From Bdellovibrionales bacterium (lineage in GTDB: Bacteria; Bdellovibrionota; Bdellovibrionia; Bdellovibrionales; UBA1609): DNA of 64,000 bases. Made by a program: the position numbers and the translations under genes. Shown one piece after another: positions 21,776-31,774 of the stretch. The number at the start of each line of letters is the position of its first letter. Position 1 is the stretch's first letter. The stretch is from positions 6,806 through 70,805 of the forward strand of contig JALZUR010000024.1 in assembly GCA_023301025.1 (NCBI GenBank), given 5' to 3'. The notes below the pieces were generated by a model. It worked only from the letters and a program-made list of their open reading frames with translations, had not been told where the DNA came from and ran no database searches.

Positions 21776-22729
21776 TTAAAGTACTTTTCGAAGCTCTTCA
21801 GTAAGTTTTGGCGCTACTTCAAAAATATCACCTACAATACCGTAAGTTGATTTCGAAAATATTGGAGCATCTGGATCATTGTTGATGGCCACAATAACTT
21901 TACTGGAACTCATTCCGGCTAAATGTTGAACGGCTCCAGAAATACCACATGCAATGTATAATGATGGAGCGACAGTTTTGCCGGTTTGTCCCACTTGCAT
22001 ATTGTGGGGCACCCAACCATCATCAACTACAGCACGAGAAGCACCAACTGAAGCATTTAGAACAGTAGCCATTTCATTTAAAATTTCAAAATTTTTAGCT
22101 TCTTTTAGTCCTCTGCCACCAGAAACAATAATGTTTGCATCTGAAAGATCAACTTTTCCACCTTCACCTTTGATCTTACTTTCTACACTAAAGCTTTCAG
22201 GTGAAGCTTCTAAAGATTTTGTTTTAATTTCAAGAGTCGAAGCGGTTTCAATCGCTGATTTTATTTGGTTTGGTCTCATAAGAACCATTTGAGGGTTAGG
22301 GCCTGACATTTTAACTGTACAACTGCATTTACCTGCATATAAAGGCTTTTGTGGAAGTAGAGTTTCACCATTTAAATCAAGTCCAATGCAATCAGTGGCA
22401 AGGGCTGAATCTAAAAGAGCTGATGTTCTTGCAAACAGATCAAGAGACTGAACAGAAGAAGAACCTAATATAAAATTTGGCTTAACTTCATCAACTAAAG
22501 ACTTCAAAGCTTTTGACCATGTAAGGCTATTGTATAAATCACTTTCACCAATCTGATGAAGAGCAGTGACTCCAAAAAGTTCACAGTCAGTTTTTGATTG
22601 GTCTTTCAGTGTTCCAAAAGTAAAACATTCAAATTCTACATTGTTGTCTTTGCTCCACTGGACGAGTTCAAAAGAAGATTTTTTTACAGTTGTTTCATTT
22701 TGTTCAAGAAAAATAATTGATTTAGACAT
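21776..22729 (-). CDS. etfA: Electron transfer flavoprotein alpha subunit
   Basis: LYIACGISGAVQHLAGM FAD-binding motif. I prefer the ATG at 22729 (MSKSIIFLEQ), 13 nt after the etfB stop with an AGGAG RBS, over the track start at 22762. Confidence 0.93.
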   Translation of the reverse strand: MSKSIIFLEQNETTVKKSSFELVQWSKDNNVEFECFTFGTLKDQSKTDCELFGVTALHQIGESDLYNSLTWSKALKSLVDEVKPNFILGSSSVQSLDLFARTSALLDSALATDCIGLDLNGETLLPQKPLYAGKCSCTVKMSGPNPQMVLMRPNQIKSAIETASTLEIKTKSLEASPESFSVESKIKGEGGKVDLSDANIIVSGGRGLKEAKNFEILNEMATVLNASVGASRAVVDDGWVPHNMQVGQTGKTVAPSLYIACGISGAVQHLAGMSSSKVIVAINNDPDAPIFSKSTYGIVGDIFEVAPKLTEELRKVL

Positions 22730-22742
22730 ATTTGTTTCGCTC

Positions 22743-23516
22743 CTAAAGGACTTTGGCTTCATTTTTGAGTAAATCTACAAGTTCTAGAACCTGAGCATTT
22801 ACATCACCGTTTAAAATTTTTGTTTGAGGCTTCTCAGCAGGTGGCTTGTAGTCAATAAAAGACGTGTAAGAATCAGTTGATACAGCAAGGTCTGCCATGG
22901 AGAAGATTTGTATTGGTTTTTTCTTAGCTTTCATAATGCCAGGTAAACTTGGATATCTTGGAGTATTTAAGCCTTTTGTAGCACCAAGTACACAAGGGCC
23001 AGTTATTTTAAAGACCTCTTTTGATCCTGATTCTACTTCTCTTTGTACAGTTAATACTGATCCTTCAGTCTTAATTTCGCTAACAGATTGTGCATGGGGT
23101 ACATCTAAAAGAGCGGCCAGCTGTTGAGTTAAAGCTTGAGAATTTTCATCAATAGCACCTTTGCCAGTAAGAACTAAACTAAAAGCACCTACTTTTTCAA
23201 TGCAGGCTTTGATGGATTTTGCTGTAGCAAGAGAATCTAAATTATCTTCACAGTCTATAACAAGTCCTTCATCACAGCCCATAGCAAGAGCGACTCTTAA
23301 ACTGTCTTGCACCCTCTTTTGTGGGCCTAAACAAATAGCAAAAACTTTTTCTGCACCTAAGCTTTGTTTTAATTTGATGGCTTCTTCAATTGCAAATTCA
23401 TCGTAGGGGTTAATAACCCATTTGATGTTGTCTTGTGTGATACCAGAGCTGTCTTCTTTGATTTGAATTTTAGTTTCCGTATCAGGAACCTGTTTGATAC
23501 AAACAAAAATGTTCAC
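22743..23516 (-). CDS. etfB: Electron transfer flavoprotein beta subunit
   Basis: 257 aa. MNIFVCIKQVPDTE N-terminus typical of EtfB; adjacent to etfA. Confidence 0.93.
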   Translation of the reverse strand: MNIFVCIKQVPDTETKIQIKEDSSGITQDNIKWVINPYDEFAIEEAIKLKQSLGAEKVFAICLGPQKRVQDSLRVALAMGCDEGLVIDCEDNLDSLATAKSIKACIEKVGAFSLVLTGKGAIDENSQALTQQLAALLDVPHAQSVSEIKTEGSVLTVQREVESGSKEVFKITGPCVLGATKGLNTPRYPSLPGIMKAKKKPIQIFSMADLAVSTDSYTSFIDYKPPAEKPQTKILNGDVNAQVLELVDLLKNEAKVL

Positions 23517-23799
23517 GGTTACTCTCCCTTAAGTGTGTTTGATCTAAAATATTTAGTATCTATGTAAAGACCAATAAAATAAGTCATTACACTAATACAA
23601 TTGCTCTTACTAAGCACATATTCAAGGTGAGGCGCAATAGGGGACCTATATGACACTTAAAAAAATAGTGAAAAAAGCTTTACGAAAATTGTATTAGACA
23701 AAAAGACTCCCATATAAAATACTCAAGTTCTAAATAGTAATGAATAGATACAAGCTAGTTTTTTCTAGATGCAATTGTGTATTTAAGGGAGTTTTTCAT

Positions 23800-24387
23800 A
23801 TGGTTTTTTTACTGTCATTTGTAGGTTTTTTGGTTCTTTTATTTTTATTTTTCATGGGCATTTATAATGCGTTAATTGTCTTAAGAAACCAGGTTAAAAA
23901 TTCTTTTGCTCAAATAGATGTTCAGCTTAAAAGACGATATGATTTGATTCCAAATCTAATTGAAGTCGCAAAAAAATATATGGCTCATGAAAAAGAAACT
24001 TTTGAAGATGTTGTAAAGGCTAGAAATGCAGCTTTAAACAACCAAGAAGCTGCGAGTAAAGACCCTAGTGACGGAGAAGCTATGGAAAGCCTTAATAAAT
24101 CTGAAGGCCAGTTAAATGGGGCTTTAGGACGGCTTTTAATGTTAACAGAGAATTATCCAGAACTTAAAGCTGACCAAACTATGAATAAGCTTACTGAAGA
24201 GCTGACTACAACAGAGAACAAGATTAGTTTTGCACGTCAGAACTACAATGATAACGTTTTAAATTACAACAATAAGAGAGAGGTTTTTCCTAACTCAATA
24301 GTAGCGAATATGTTTCTTTTTAAAGCCTCTAAGTATTTTGAAGTCACTGATGAAAAAGAAAAAGAAGCTGTTAAAGTTCAGTTTTAA
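23800..24387 (+). CDS. lemA: LemA family membrane protein
   Basis: N-terminal TM helix, then YNALIVLRNQVKNSFAQIDVQLKRRYDLIPNLIEVAKKY (LemA signature). ATG at 23800 has an AAGGGA RBS; the track start at 23740 is probably too early. Confidence 0.88.
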   Translation: MVFLLSFVGFLVLLFLFFMGIYNALIVLRNQVKNSFAQIDVQLKRRYDLIPNLIEVAKKYMAHEKETFEDVVKARNAALNNQEAASKDPSDGEAMESLNKSEGQLNGALGRLLMLTENYPELKADQTMNKLTEELTTTENKISFARQNYNDNVLNYNNKREVFPNSIVANMFLFKASKYFEVTDEKEKEAVKVQF

Positions 24388-24447
24388 TTTTGGTGTTATT
24401 TAGTACTCTTGGTATGAAAAGAAAGACCACCAAAGGTGTTTTAAGTA

Positions 24448-26478
24448 ATGGTTAATTTTTTCGAGCAGCAAAGAAAATCAAAATTAAGGTCAAGATACAT
24501 TGTTTTAACTTTTTTTGTTTTTCTTGTGCTTATTTTTGTGGGCAACTACTTTTTGTATACAAAAGTTATTGATCAATTCTTTTATTCTAAGGATAAAGTT
24601 GTAAGATCAGATCTTTCAAATTTAAAAGATTACAATACGTTGCTAAACTCAGAAGACTATAATCTAGAAGAATTAGAGAATAATACTGAGCTTAGAGGGT
24701 TAGTTGCTAGTGTTATACTGGTTCTTTTCTTTATTATTTGTTTTTACTTTAAAAACTTACGAATGCTTTACAAGCCTCACTCTTTACCTATTGGTATGGG
24801 TGCCAAGCGAGTACAACCTGATTCTCTAAATCTAGAGGAAAAAACTTATTATAATGTTGTTTCTGAAATGTCCCTAGCTTCAGGAGTTGCTGTACCTAAA
24901 ATTTTTTTACTTACACAAGAGCCCTCTATAAATGCATTTACTACGGGGCGTGACTTTCAAACAGCAGACATAACAATCACACAAGGTGCTTTAAAAAACT
25001 TTACTAGAGAAGAGCTTCAAGCTGTTGTTGCCCATGAATTTGGTCATATTGTGAGTGAAGATGTAAAGGCAAGTACTAAACTAATAGCTGTTGCCTTTTC
25101 ATTTTCGGTAATTTTTAGTATGGGCCGTCTTGTTTTAAGATCAATGAATAGATCTAGTAGATCAAATTCTAAGTCAGATGGAAGAGGCCAAATTGCTGTT
25201 GTTGGTATAGCTTTACTAGCATTAGGAGCACTGGGCTTGTTTATGTCTAGAGTGTTCACAGGTATTTTCTCAAGAGAGCGAGAGTATTTGGCAGACGCCT
25301 TATCTGTTCAGTACACTAGATACCCAGCAGCCCTAGCAAGTGCTCTTGCAAAGATTAGAGACTATAAAAAAGAAAATCTACTTAAAGATGAAAAGGCAGA
25401 AGAGGTTTCAAGTATTTGTTTCTCTACTCCTGTAAAAAGTTTAGTTTCACTTTTTGACACACATCCACCTATAAAAAAAAGAATAACCAGAGTTGATTCA
25501 AGCTTTTTAAAGGTAGGATCATCTTTCACTAAAATTAAAGATGATGCTAACACCAATACTAAAAATAATCTTAACTCATCAGAATCAACTTCAGCTGATG
25601 AAGCAGTTACAAATGATAATAAAAAACTAGGTAAAGACTTTAAAAAGACATTTGAATATATGTTAAGTATGGGCCTTCTTACAGAGTCTAATAAAGAACA
25701 TGCTAAAAAGACCTTTGAGCTTTTAGAAGGTGAAAAGCTACTTTATTTTTTAAACGCAGAAAAAATTGAAATCTTAATTTATGTATTTCTAATAAGCCAT
25801 ATTGAAGAAATAAAGCAGATTCAATTTGATTATTTGTCTGAACAGTTGGATGAAGATTCACAAAAAGAGTTTAAAAGCCTATATGGTATTTTCAACAAAT
25901 TTAATGAGTTTAAATCACTTTCAGTCTTAGATCTTATGGTTCCTCTGTTAAGTGATGTGAATACCTTTAAAAAAGATAAGATTTTAAAAAATATGAAAAT
26001 CCTAATAAAAAGTGATGGTGTAGCAGAGACTTTTGAAGTTCTTTTGTACTATTTCATTAAAAAACATCTAGTAGGATTAGATTCAAGTTCTAAAAAGCCA
26101 ACTGATGATGAACTTTGTTTTTTAATCAACTCTCTTTCAAGAATAGACAACGATGATGACAGGGCTCCTTTTAAAGAGGCTGTGAAAAATATGTTTAAGA
26201 AAACGCATGAGTCTTTGATTACATCACATAATAAAGAAGACAATAAAAAGAAAGCTTCAGGCAAATACTCAGACTTAGCTGTAGGATCAGACATTGTTAA
26301 AATACGTAGAATTTTGTCAAAGCTTATAAACTTAAATGCTAAAACAAAGAGTCTTTTTGTTGAGTCTTTGTTGATTGCTATAACATTTGATCAAAAGATA
26401 ACTCATAGAGAGTTTGAAACCTTTAGAGTGTTATGTGACTTTTTGGGTATTCCTGCTCCACCAATAAAAATTAAGTAA
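24448..26478 (+). CDS. M48-family zinc metallopeptidase with about 330-aa C-terminal extension
   Basis: TM helices flank the HEFGHI (HEXXH) motif, with downstream REREYLADA. C-terminal half has no catalytic motif; its last part (ITFDQKITHREFETFRVLCDFLGIP) looks TerB/DjlA-N-like. Confidence 0.8.
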   Translation: MVNFFEQQRKSKLRSRYIVLTFFVFLVLIFVGNYFLYTKVIDQFFYSKDKVVRSDLSNLKDYNTLLNSEDYNLEELENNTELRGLVASVILVLFFIICFYFKNLRMLYKPHSLPIGMGAKRVQPDSLNLEEKTYYNVVSEMSLASGVAVPKIFLLTQEPSINAFTTGRDFQTADITITQGALKNFTREELQAVVAHEFGHIVSEDVKASTKLIAVAFSFSVIFSMGRLVLRSMNRSSRSNSKSDGRGQIAVVGIALLALGALGLFMSRVFTGIFSREREYLADALSVQYTRYPAALASALAKIRDYKKENLLKDEKAEEVSSICFSTPVKSLVSLFDTHPPIKKRITRVDSSFLKVGSSFTKIKDDANTNTKNNLNSSESTSADEAVTNDNKKLGKDFKKTFEYMLSMGLLTESNKEHAKKTFELLEGEKLLYFLNAEKIEILIYVFLISHIEEIKQIQFDYLSEQLDEDSQKEFKSLYGIFNKFNEFKSLSVLDLMVPLLSDVNTFKKDKILKNMKILIKSDGVAETFEVLLYYFIKKHLVGLDSSSKKPTDDELCFLINSLSRIDNDDDRAPFKEAVKNMFKKTHESLITSHNKEDNKKKASGKYSDLAVGSDIVKIRRILSKLINLNAKTKSLFVESLLIAITFDQKITHREFETFRVLCDFLGIPAPPIKIK

Positions 26479-26483
26479 ATATT

Positions 26484-27818
26484 TTAATCAGCGTAAACAA
26501 CTTTGCCACGTAAGAGAGTGTATTTTGTTTTTCCAAAAAGTTTAGAGCCTATAAATGGTGAGTTTTTTGATTTAGATTTAAAAAAGTCATTGTTTACAAC
26601 AAACTCACTGTCTAAATCAAAAAGAGCAAGATTTGCATCTTCACCAGAAACTATGCGTCCTTGTTTGATCCCAAAAAGTGAAGCGGCATTTAGGCTCATA
26701 AGATCAATTAAAGTTTCTAATTTTAGCTTTCCGTTTTTTACAAAGTTTGTGTACACCAAAGAAAAAGCTGTTTCTAATCCGATTATTCCAAAAGGGGCTT
26801 TGTGTATGTCTTGTTCTTTTTCATAAGGTGCATGAGGCGCATGATCCGTAGCGATAGCATCAATTGTTCCGTCTAACAGTGCTTGTTGACAGGCAAGCTT
26901 ATCATCTAATGATCTAAGTGGTGGATTCATTTTCCAATTGGCATTTAAAGTGCCATCTTCTTTTTCTGGAATATCTTCATCACACAAAAGTAGGTGGTGA
27001 GGTGAGACTTCAGCTGTGACTTTAAAACCTTTTGATTTTGCTTTTTTAACAGCTTCAATAGATTTTTTTGTTGAGATGTGAAGCACATGATAATGTCCGC
27101 CAGTTTCACCACTGTACTTACAGCCTCTTTCAACATGAACAGATTCAGAATCAGAATCAATACCCTTTACTCCATATTTTTTAGAAACTTCACCAAGGTG
27201 GATAGCGCCTTTTTTTGATAAAGACTCATCTTCAGAGTGATCAAGAACAGGAAGATCGATTTTAGCAGCCATTAAGAGAGCTTCTTTAAAAAGATTATCT
27301 CTTTGAACCCCTCTGCCATCATCGGTTAAAGCTACAGCGCCTGCTTTTTTAAGATCTTCAAAGTTTGTGAGCTCTTCACCTTTAAGTCCACGGCTAACTG
27401 CCCCAGTAGGATAAACATCGCAAATACCAACCTCTAGAGACTTTTGCCACATCATTTTTAAAACCTCAGAAGTGTCGGCTGTTGGAGATGTGTTCGGCAT
27501 AGAAATTACAGAAGTAAAGCCGCCTTTTGCAGCTGCTTTGCTTCCAGATTCGATATCTTCTTTGTACTCCATTCCGGGTTCTCTAAAGTGAACTTGTGGA
27601 TCACATAAACCTGGCGATAAAAAAGCACCTTTAGCATCAATAACTTGATCAAAGTTTTTATCCTGATAAGCGTCGGGTTTTGATATGTTAGCTTTATCAT
27701 TTGTATTTATATTTTTTATTTTTTGGTCTTCAACTATCAGATCTACAAAAAGCTCTGTAGCGCCAGGTTGATTTAAAAGTTTTGGAAGGGTAACTGCATT
27801 TTTTATAAGCGTTTTCAT
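26484..27818 (-). CDS. pyrC: Dihydroorotase
   Basis: DPQVHFREPG metal-binding HxH and ATDHAPH motifs; 444-aa amidohydrolase. Confidence 0.88.
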   Translation of the reverse strand: MKTLIKNAVTLPKLLNQPGATELFVDLIVEDQKIKNINTNDKANISKPDAYQDKNFDQVIDAKGAFLSPGLCDPQVHFREPGMEYKEDIESGSKAAAKGGFTSVISMPNTSPTADTSEVLKMMWQKSLEVGICDVYPTGAVSRGLKGEELTNFEDLKKAGAVALTDDGRGVQRDNLFKEALLMAAKIDLPVLDHSEDESLSKKGAIHLGEVSKKYGVKGIDSDSESVHVERGCKYSGETGGHYHVLHISTKKSIEAVKKAKSKGFKVTAEVSPHHLLLCDEDIPEKEDGTLNANWKMNPPLRSLDDKLACQQALLDGTIDAIATDHAPHAPYEKEQDIHKAPFGIIGLETAFSLVYTNFVKNGKLKLETLIDLMSLNAASLFGIKQGRIVSGEDANLALFDLDSEFVVNNDFFKSKSKNSPFIGSKLFGKTKYTLLRGKVVYAD

Positions 27819-27962
27819 GATTCAATGAGTTACTTTATGTGTCTGGGATTGTCTAGAAAATCTTGAGCTCACTGATAATGACTCTCAAATCAATCCAATT
27901 CATTATAGTGCCAAATAATAAGAGTTATTGTACTTTTCTATAAATTTTAAGAGGATTTGAAT

Positions 27963-28613
27963 ATGAGTTATTTAACTTCTACCATTGGTAAGAAGCTTTT
28001 AATAGGCCTTGCAGGTCTTGGTTTGTCACTGTTTGTCTTGGTTCACATGGCCGGCAACTTGTTTCTTTTTGTTGGGCAAGAGGCGTTTAATAGATATGCG
28101 CATGCCTTAACTAGTAACCCCTTGATCTATGTTGCGGAAGTGGGTTTGGGTTCTATTTTTTTGGTTCATGTTGTTCTTGCACTTTTGTTAACACTTTATA
28201 ACAGAGCTTCAAAAGGTTCTAGATACGCAAGGTCTGCAAAACGAACATCAGCAAGCTTTTCATCAAAGACGCTTCATTATCAAGGCATAGTTATTTTTGC
28301 TTTTCTTTGTTTTCATTTAAGAACTTTAAAGTTTGGTCCTGAATATGAGATCACGCACAACGGTATTTTAATGAGAGATATCTTTCAGGTCGTTGTTGAT
28401 TCATTTCAAAACCCTTTAATTGTTGGCGCCTATGTGATTACGGTTTTGATGTTGTGTCTTCACCTCTCTCACGGTTTAGCATCGAGCCTTCAGACACTAG
28501 GTTTAAATGGTGAGAAATATGATGGAAAAGTTAAACTTATCGGTCATGCGTATGCTTTTCTAGTAACATTAGGCTTTATTAGCCAACCCATTTTTGTTTA
28601 TTTCTACTACTGA
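27963..28613 (+). CDS. sdhC: Succinate dehydrogenase/fumarate reductase cytochrome b subunit (single large anchor, type B)
   Basis: About 5 TM helices with conserved His residues. AAGAGGA RBS 7 nt before the ATG at 27963. Followed by sdhA and sdhB with no sdhD. Confidence 0.85.
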   Translation: MSYLTSTIGKKLLIGLAGLGLSLFVLVHMAGNLFLFVGQEAFNRYAHALTSNPLIYVAEVGLGSIFLVHVVLALLLTLYNRASKGSRYARSAKRTSASFSSKTLHYQGIVIFAFLCFHLRTLKFGPEYEITHNGILMRDIFQVVVDSFQNPLIVGAYVITVLMLCLHLSHGLASSLQTLGLNGEKYDGKVKLIGHAYAFLVTLGFISQPIFVYFYY

Positions 28614-28639
28614 GTATTTTTTAAGGAGCTGTATATTTT

Positions 28640-30559
28640 ATGAAACTCGAATCACATATTCCAACTGGAGCCATTGAAGACAAATGGGATAACCATAAGT
28701 TTTCTGTAAAATTAGTTAATCCCTCAAACAAAAGAAAATTTAAAGTTATCGTCGTAGGTACAGGGCTTGCTGGTTCTTCAGCTGCAGCCACACTTTCAGA
28801 GCTTGGTTATGACGTTCACGCTTTTTGTATTCATGATTCCCCAAGGCGTGCCCACTCTATTGCAGCTCAAGGTGGTATCAACGCTGCCAAAAATTATCAA
28901 AATGATGGTGACTCTGTTCATAGACTTTTTTACGACACTGTAAAAGGTGGAGACTTTAGATCACGCGAAGCTAATGTGTATCGCTTGGCCCAAGTTTCTG
29001 TAAATATTATTGATCAGGCTGTGGCCCAGGGTGTTCCCTTAGCTAGAGAGTATGGTGGCTTACTTGCAAACCGTTCTTTTGGTGGTGCCCAAGTTTCTAG
29101 AACATTTTATGCTAGAGGACAAACAGGACAACAGCTTTTGATTGGGGCCTATTCTTCACTTATGAAGCAGGTTGATAGAGGTGCTGTAAAACTTTATCCA
29201 AGACGAGAAATGCTTGATTTAGTTAAAATCGATGACAAAGCAAGAGGGATTACTGTTAGAAACTTAGTTACTGGTGAAATCGAAAGCCACACGGCTGATG
29301 CAGTTTTACTTTGTACCGGTGGTTATGGAAATGTTTTCTTTTTGTCTACCAATGCAAGAAATTCAAATGCTACAGCAGCATGGAGAGCACATAAAAAAGG
29401 AGCTGCCTTTTCTAATCCGTGTTTCACACAAATTCATCCTACATGTATTCCTGTTTCTGGAAGCTACCAATCAAAATTGACTTTGATGTCTGAGTCGTTG
29501 AGAAATGATGGACGAGTCTGGGTGCCAAAAGCTCAAGGTGATAAAAGGCTTGCCTCTGAAATTCCAGATGCCGAAAGAGATTACTATCTTGAAAGAGTTT
29601 ATCCAAGTTTTGGAAACCTCGCACCAAGAGATGTAGCATCTAGGCAAGCCAAGTACAGAACTGATGAAGGTAAAGGTGTTGGTAAAACTGGAATGGCCGT
29701 ATTCTTAGACTTTAGAGATGCGATCAGTCGTTTAGGGCAAAATGTTATAAGTGAGCGTTATGGGAATCTTTTTGAAATGTATGAAAAGATTACCGGTGAG
29801 AACCCTTACCAAATGCCTATGAGAATTTACCCTGCAGTTCATTATACAATGGGTGGTCTATGGGTAGATTATAATTTACAAAGCACAATTCCGGGGCTTC
29901 ATGTTTTAGGAGAGGCAAATTTTTCTGATCACGGAGCAAATCGCCTTGGAGCCTCTGCTCTGATGCAAGGCCTAGCCGATGGCTATTTTGTTATTCCAGC
30001 AACTCTTGGAAACTACTTAGCATCTAACTCTTTAGAAAAAGTTACTGAAGATCATGATGCGTTTAGAGAGTCTAAGGATAGAGTGTCTAAGCAGATTGAT
30101 TCTTTACTTAATGTTAATGGCGATAAGACAGTAGATGAATTTCATAGGCAACTTGGAAACATCATGTGGGAAAAAGTTGGTATGTCTCGTACTAAAGAGG
30201 GACTTACAGAAGGAATCTCTTCTATTTCGAAATTACGTGAAGAATATCACCAGAATGTAAGAGTTCCAGGAGATAAGAACTACAAGAATGAGCAGGTCGA
30301 AAAGGCTTTAAGAGTGTCTGACTTTTTAGAGCTTGGTCAGCTCATGGCTCAAGATGCTTTGGATAGAGAAGAAAGTTGTGGTGGTCACTTTAGAGTAGAG
30401 CATCAAACAGAAGACGGTGAAGCTAAAAGAAATGATAATGATTTTTCTCATGCATCGGCTTACGAATTTACCGGTGAGTCTAAGAATATGAATTGGACTC
30501 TTCATAAAGAGAAACTTGAATTTGAAAATGTAAAGTTAGCGACACGAAGCTACAAATAA
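28640..30559 (+). CDS. sdhA: Succinate dehydrogenase/fumarate reductase flavoprotein subunit
   Basis: 639 aa. FAD fold [33 protein letters not shown]. Confidence 0.97.
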   Translation: MKLESHIPTGAIEDKWDNHKFSVKLVNPSNKRKFKVIVVGTGLAGSSAAATLSELGYDVHAFCIHDSPRRAHSIAAQGGINAAKNYQNDGDSVHRLFYDTVKGGDFRSREANVYRLAQVSVNIIDQAVAQGVPLAREYGGLLANRSFGGAQVSRTFYARGQTGQQLLIGAYSSLMKQVDRGAVKLYPRREMLDLVKIDDKARGITVRNLVTGEIESHTADAVLLCTGGYGNVFFLSTNARNSNATAAWRAHKKGAAFSNPCFTQIHPTCIPVSGSYQSKLTLMSESLRNDGRVWVPKAQGDKRLASEIPDAERDYYLERVYPSFGNLAPRDVASRQAKYRTDEGKGVGKTGMAVFLDFRDAISRLGQNVISERYGNLFEMYEKITGENPYQMPMRIYPAVHYTMGGLWVDYNLQSTIPGLHVLGEANFSDHGANRLGASALMQGLADGYFVIPATLGNYLASNSLEKVTEDHDAFRESKDRVSKQIDSLLNVNGDKTVDEFHRQLGNIMWEKVGMSRTKEGLTEGISSISKLREEYHQNVRVPGDKNYKNEQVEKALRVSDFLELGQLMAQDALDREESCGGHFRVEHQTEDGEAKRNDNDFSHASAYEFTGESKNMNWTLHKEKLEFENVKLATRSYK

Positions 30560-30601
30560 CTTTTGAGTGTTTTGAATAAAAATATGTAAGGGCGGTTGAT
30601 T

Positions 30602-31336
30602 ATGAAATTAAATTTAAATATTTGGAGACAAAAGTCTTCTAAAGATAAAGGTCATTTTGAAAAGTATACTGCTAATGATGTGACTGAAGAGATGTCTTTT
30701 TTAGAGATGCTTGATGTTGTAAACGAAGATCTTATTTTAAGTGGTAAAGAGCCTGTGGCTTTTGATCATGACTGTAGAGAAGGTATTTGTGGATCCTGTT
30801 CTATGGTTATAAACGGAGATCCTCATGGACCTGAAAAATCAACTACATGTCAGCTTCATATGAGATCTTTTAAAGATGGCGAGACTTTATATATCGAACC
30901 TTGGAGAGCAAAAGCTTTTCCTGTCGTACGGGATTTGATTGTTGATCGTTCCGCTTTCGATAGAATAATTACTGCCGGTGGTTATATTTCAGTATCTACT
31001 GGAAATGCTCAAGATGCCAATGCAACACCAATACCAAAAATGGATGCTGATGAAGCTTTCATGTCGGCAGCTTGCATTGGTTGTGGTGCCTGTGTGGCTT
31101 CTTGTAAAAATGCTTCAGCTTCACTTTTTGTTGCAGCTAAGACGAGTCATCTTGGAATACTTCCACAAGGCAGTGTTGAGCAAAAGGGACGAGTCAAAAA
31201 AATGGTGGCTCAAATGGATGCCGAAGGTTTTGGTGCTTGCACGAATACAGGTTCTTGTTCAGCTGCTTGCCCTAAAGGGATCTCTTTAGATAATATTGCC
31301 AGACTGAATAGAGATCTTTTAAAGTCTAATTTTTAA
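30602..31336 (+). CDS. sdhB: Succinate dehydrogenase/fumarate reductase iron-sulfur subunit
   Basis: Cys clusters [32 protein letters not shown]. The ATG at 30602 is preferred over the upstream TTG. Confidence 0.95.
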   Translation: MKLNLNIWRQKSSKDKGHFEKYTANDVTEEMSFLEMLDVVNEDLILSGKEPVAFDHDCREGICGSCSMVINGDPHGPEKSTTCQLHMRSFKDGETLYIEPWRAKAFPVVRDLIVDRSAFDRIITAGGYISVSTGNAQDANATPIPKMDADEAFMSAACIGCGACVASCKNASASLFVAAKTSHLGILPQGSVEQKGRVKKMVAQMDAEGFGACTNTGSCSAACPKGISLDNIARLNRDLLKSNF

Positions 31337-31356
31337 ATTAGACCTTGGCCCAGTTT

Positions 31357-31392
31357 AAACTTAAGGATGATTTAGACCATCCTTCAAGTTTT
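31357..31392 (+). terminator. Intrinsic terminator-like hairpin after sdhB
   Basis: AAGGATG/CATCCTT 7-bp core, extendable to about 13 bp with one bulge, ending in GTTTT. Confidence 0.55.
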
Positions 31393-31419
31393 GAAATATA
31401 GCTTAGCCTAATATTTAAG

Positions 31420-31451
31420 CTTATACGTAACATTTGGTATAAGTTTTTTTT
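31420..31451 (+). terminator. Second intrinsic terminator (hairpin plus T8) about 30 nt downstream of the first
   Basis: CTTATAC-10 nt loop-GTATAAG followed by TTTTTTTT. Confidence 0.6.
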
Positions 31452-31774
31452 AGACTAGATCTAGTATTTCGTCCAACTAGACTTCAACATATTGTTGATT
31501 ACCTCAAGTAACACACAGAGTTTTCCACATTCTAAGATATCTAGATTAAATATTGCTCAATAAAAAAGCTTTTTTTGCAATTTATCTAAAACATTTCCTT
31601 AGATCTAGAGAGCTGCTTAATAGTGTTTTAATAAACTATAAAATGTTGATTTTTATGTCTACAGGACCTTCAAACTCAATAAAAAGGCATCTTTCAAATA
31701 ATACGAGTATTGAGAACAGATTTTTTCTTTTAATAAACCAATATTCAATTGAGTTTGATTAAAGCGTATATGAA

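Noticed and set aside
21758-21778. etfA and the extended DUF374 frame are in the same reading frame, separated by two TAA codons, which suggested a read-through fusion.
   Set aside because: Two in-frame ochre codons 15 nt apart make read-through implausible. Sharing a frame has a 1-in-3 chance and there is no recoding signal.
30978-31289. 103-aa ORF in an alternative frame inside sdhB (same strand).
   Set aside because: It lies wholly within a strongly conserved Fe-S subunit gene. It has no RBS and an odd Leu/Met/Gln-rich translation, so it is most likely a frame shadow.
31553-31762. 69-aa TTG-initiated ORF in the sdhB-hydrolase gap.
   Set aside because: No RBS, non-ATG start, Asn/Leu/Ile/Ser-rich translation with no motif. 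The gap is better treated as non-coding (see finding).
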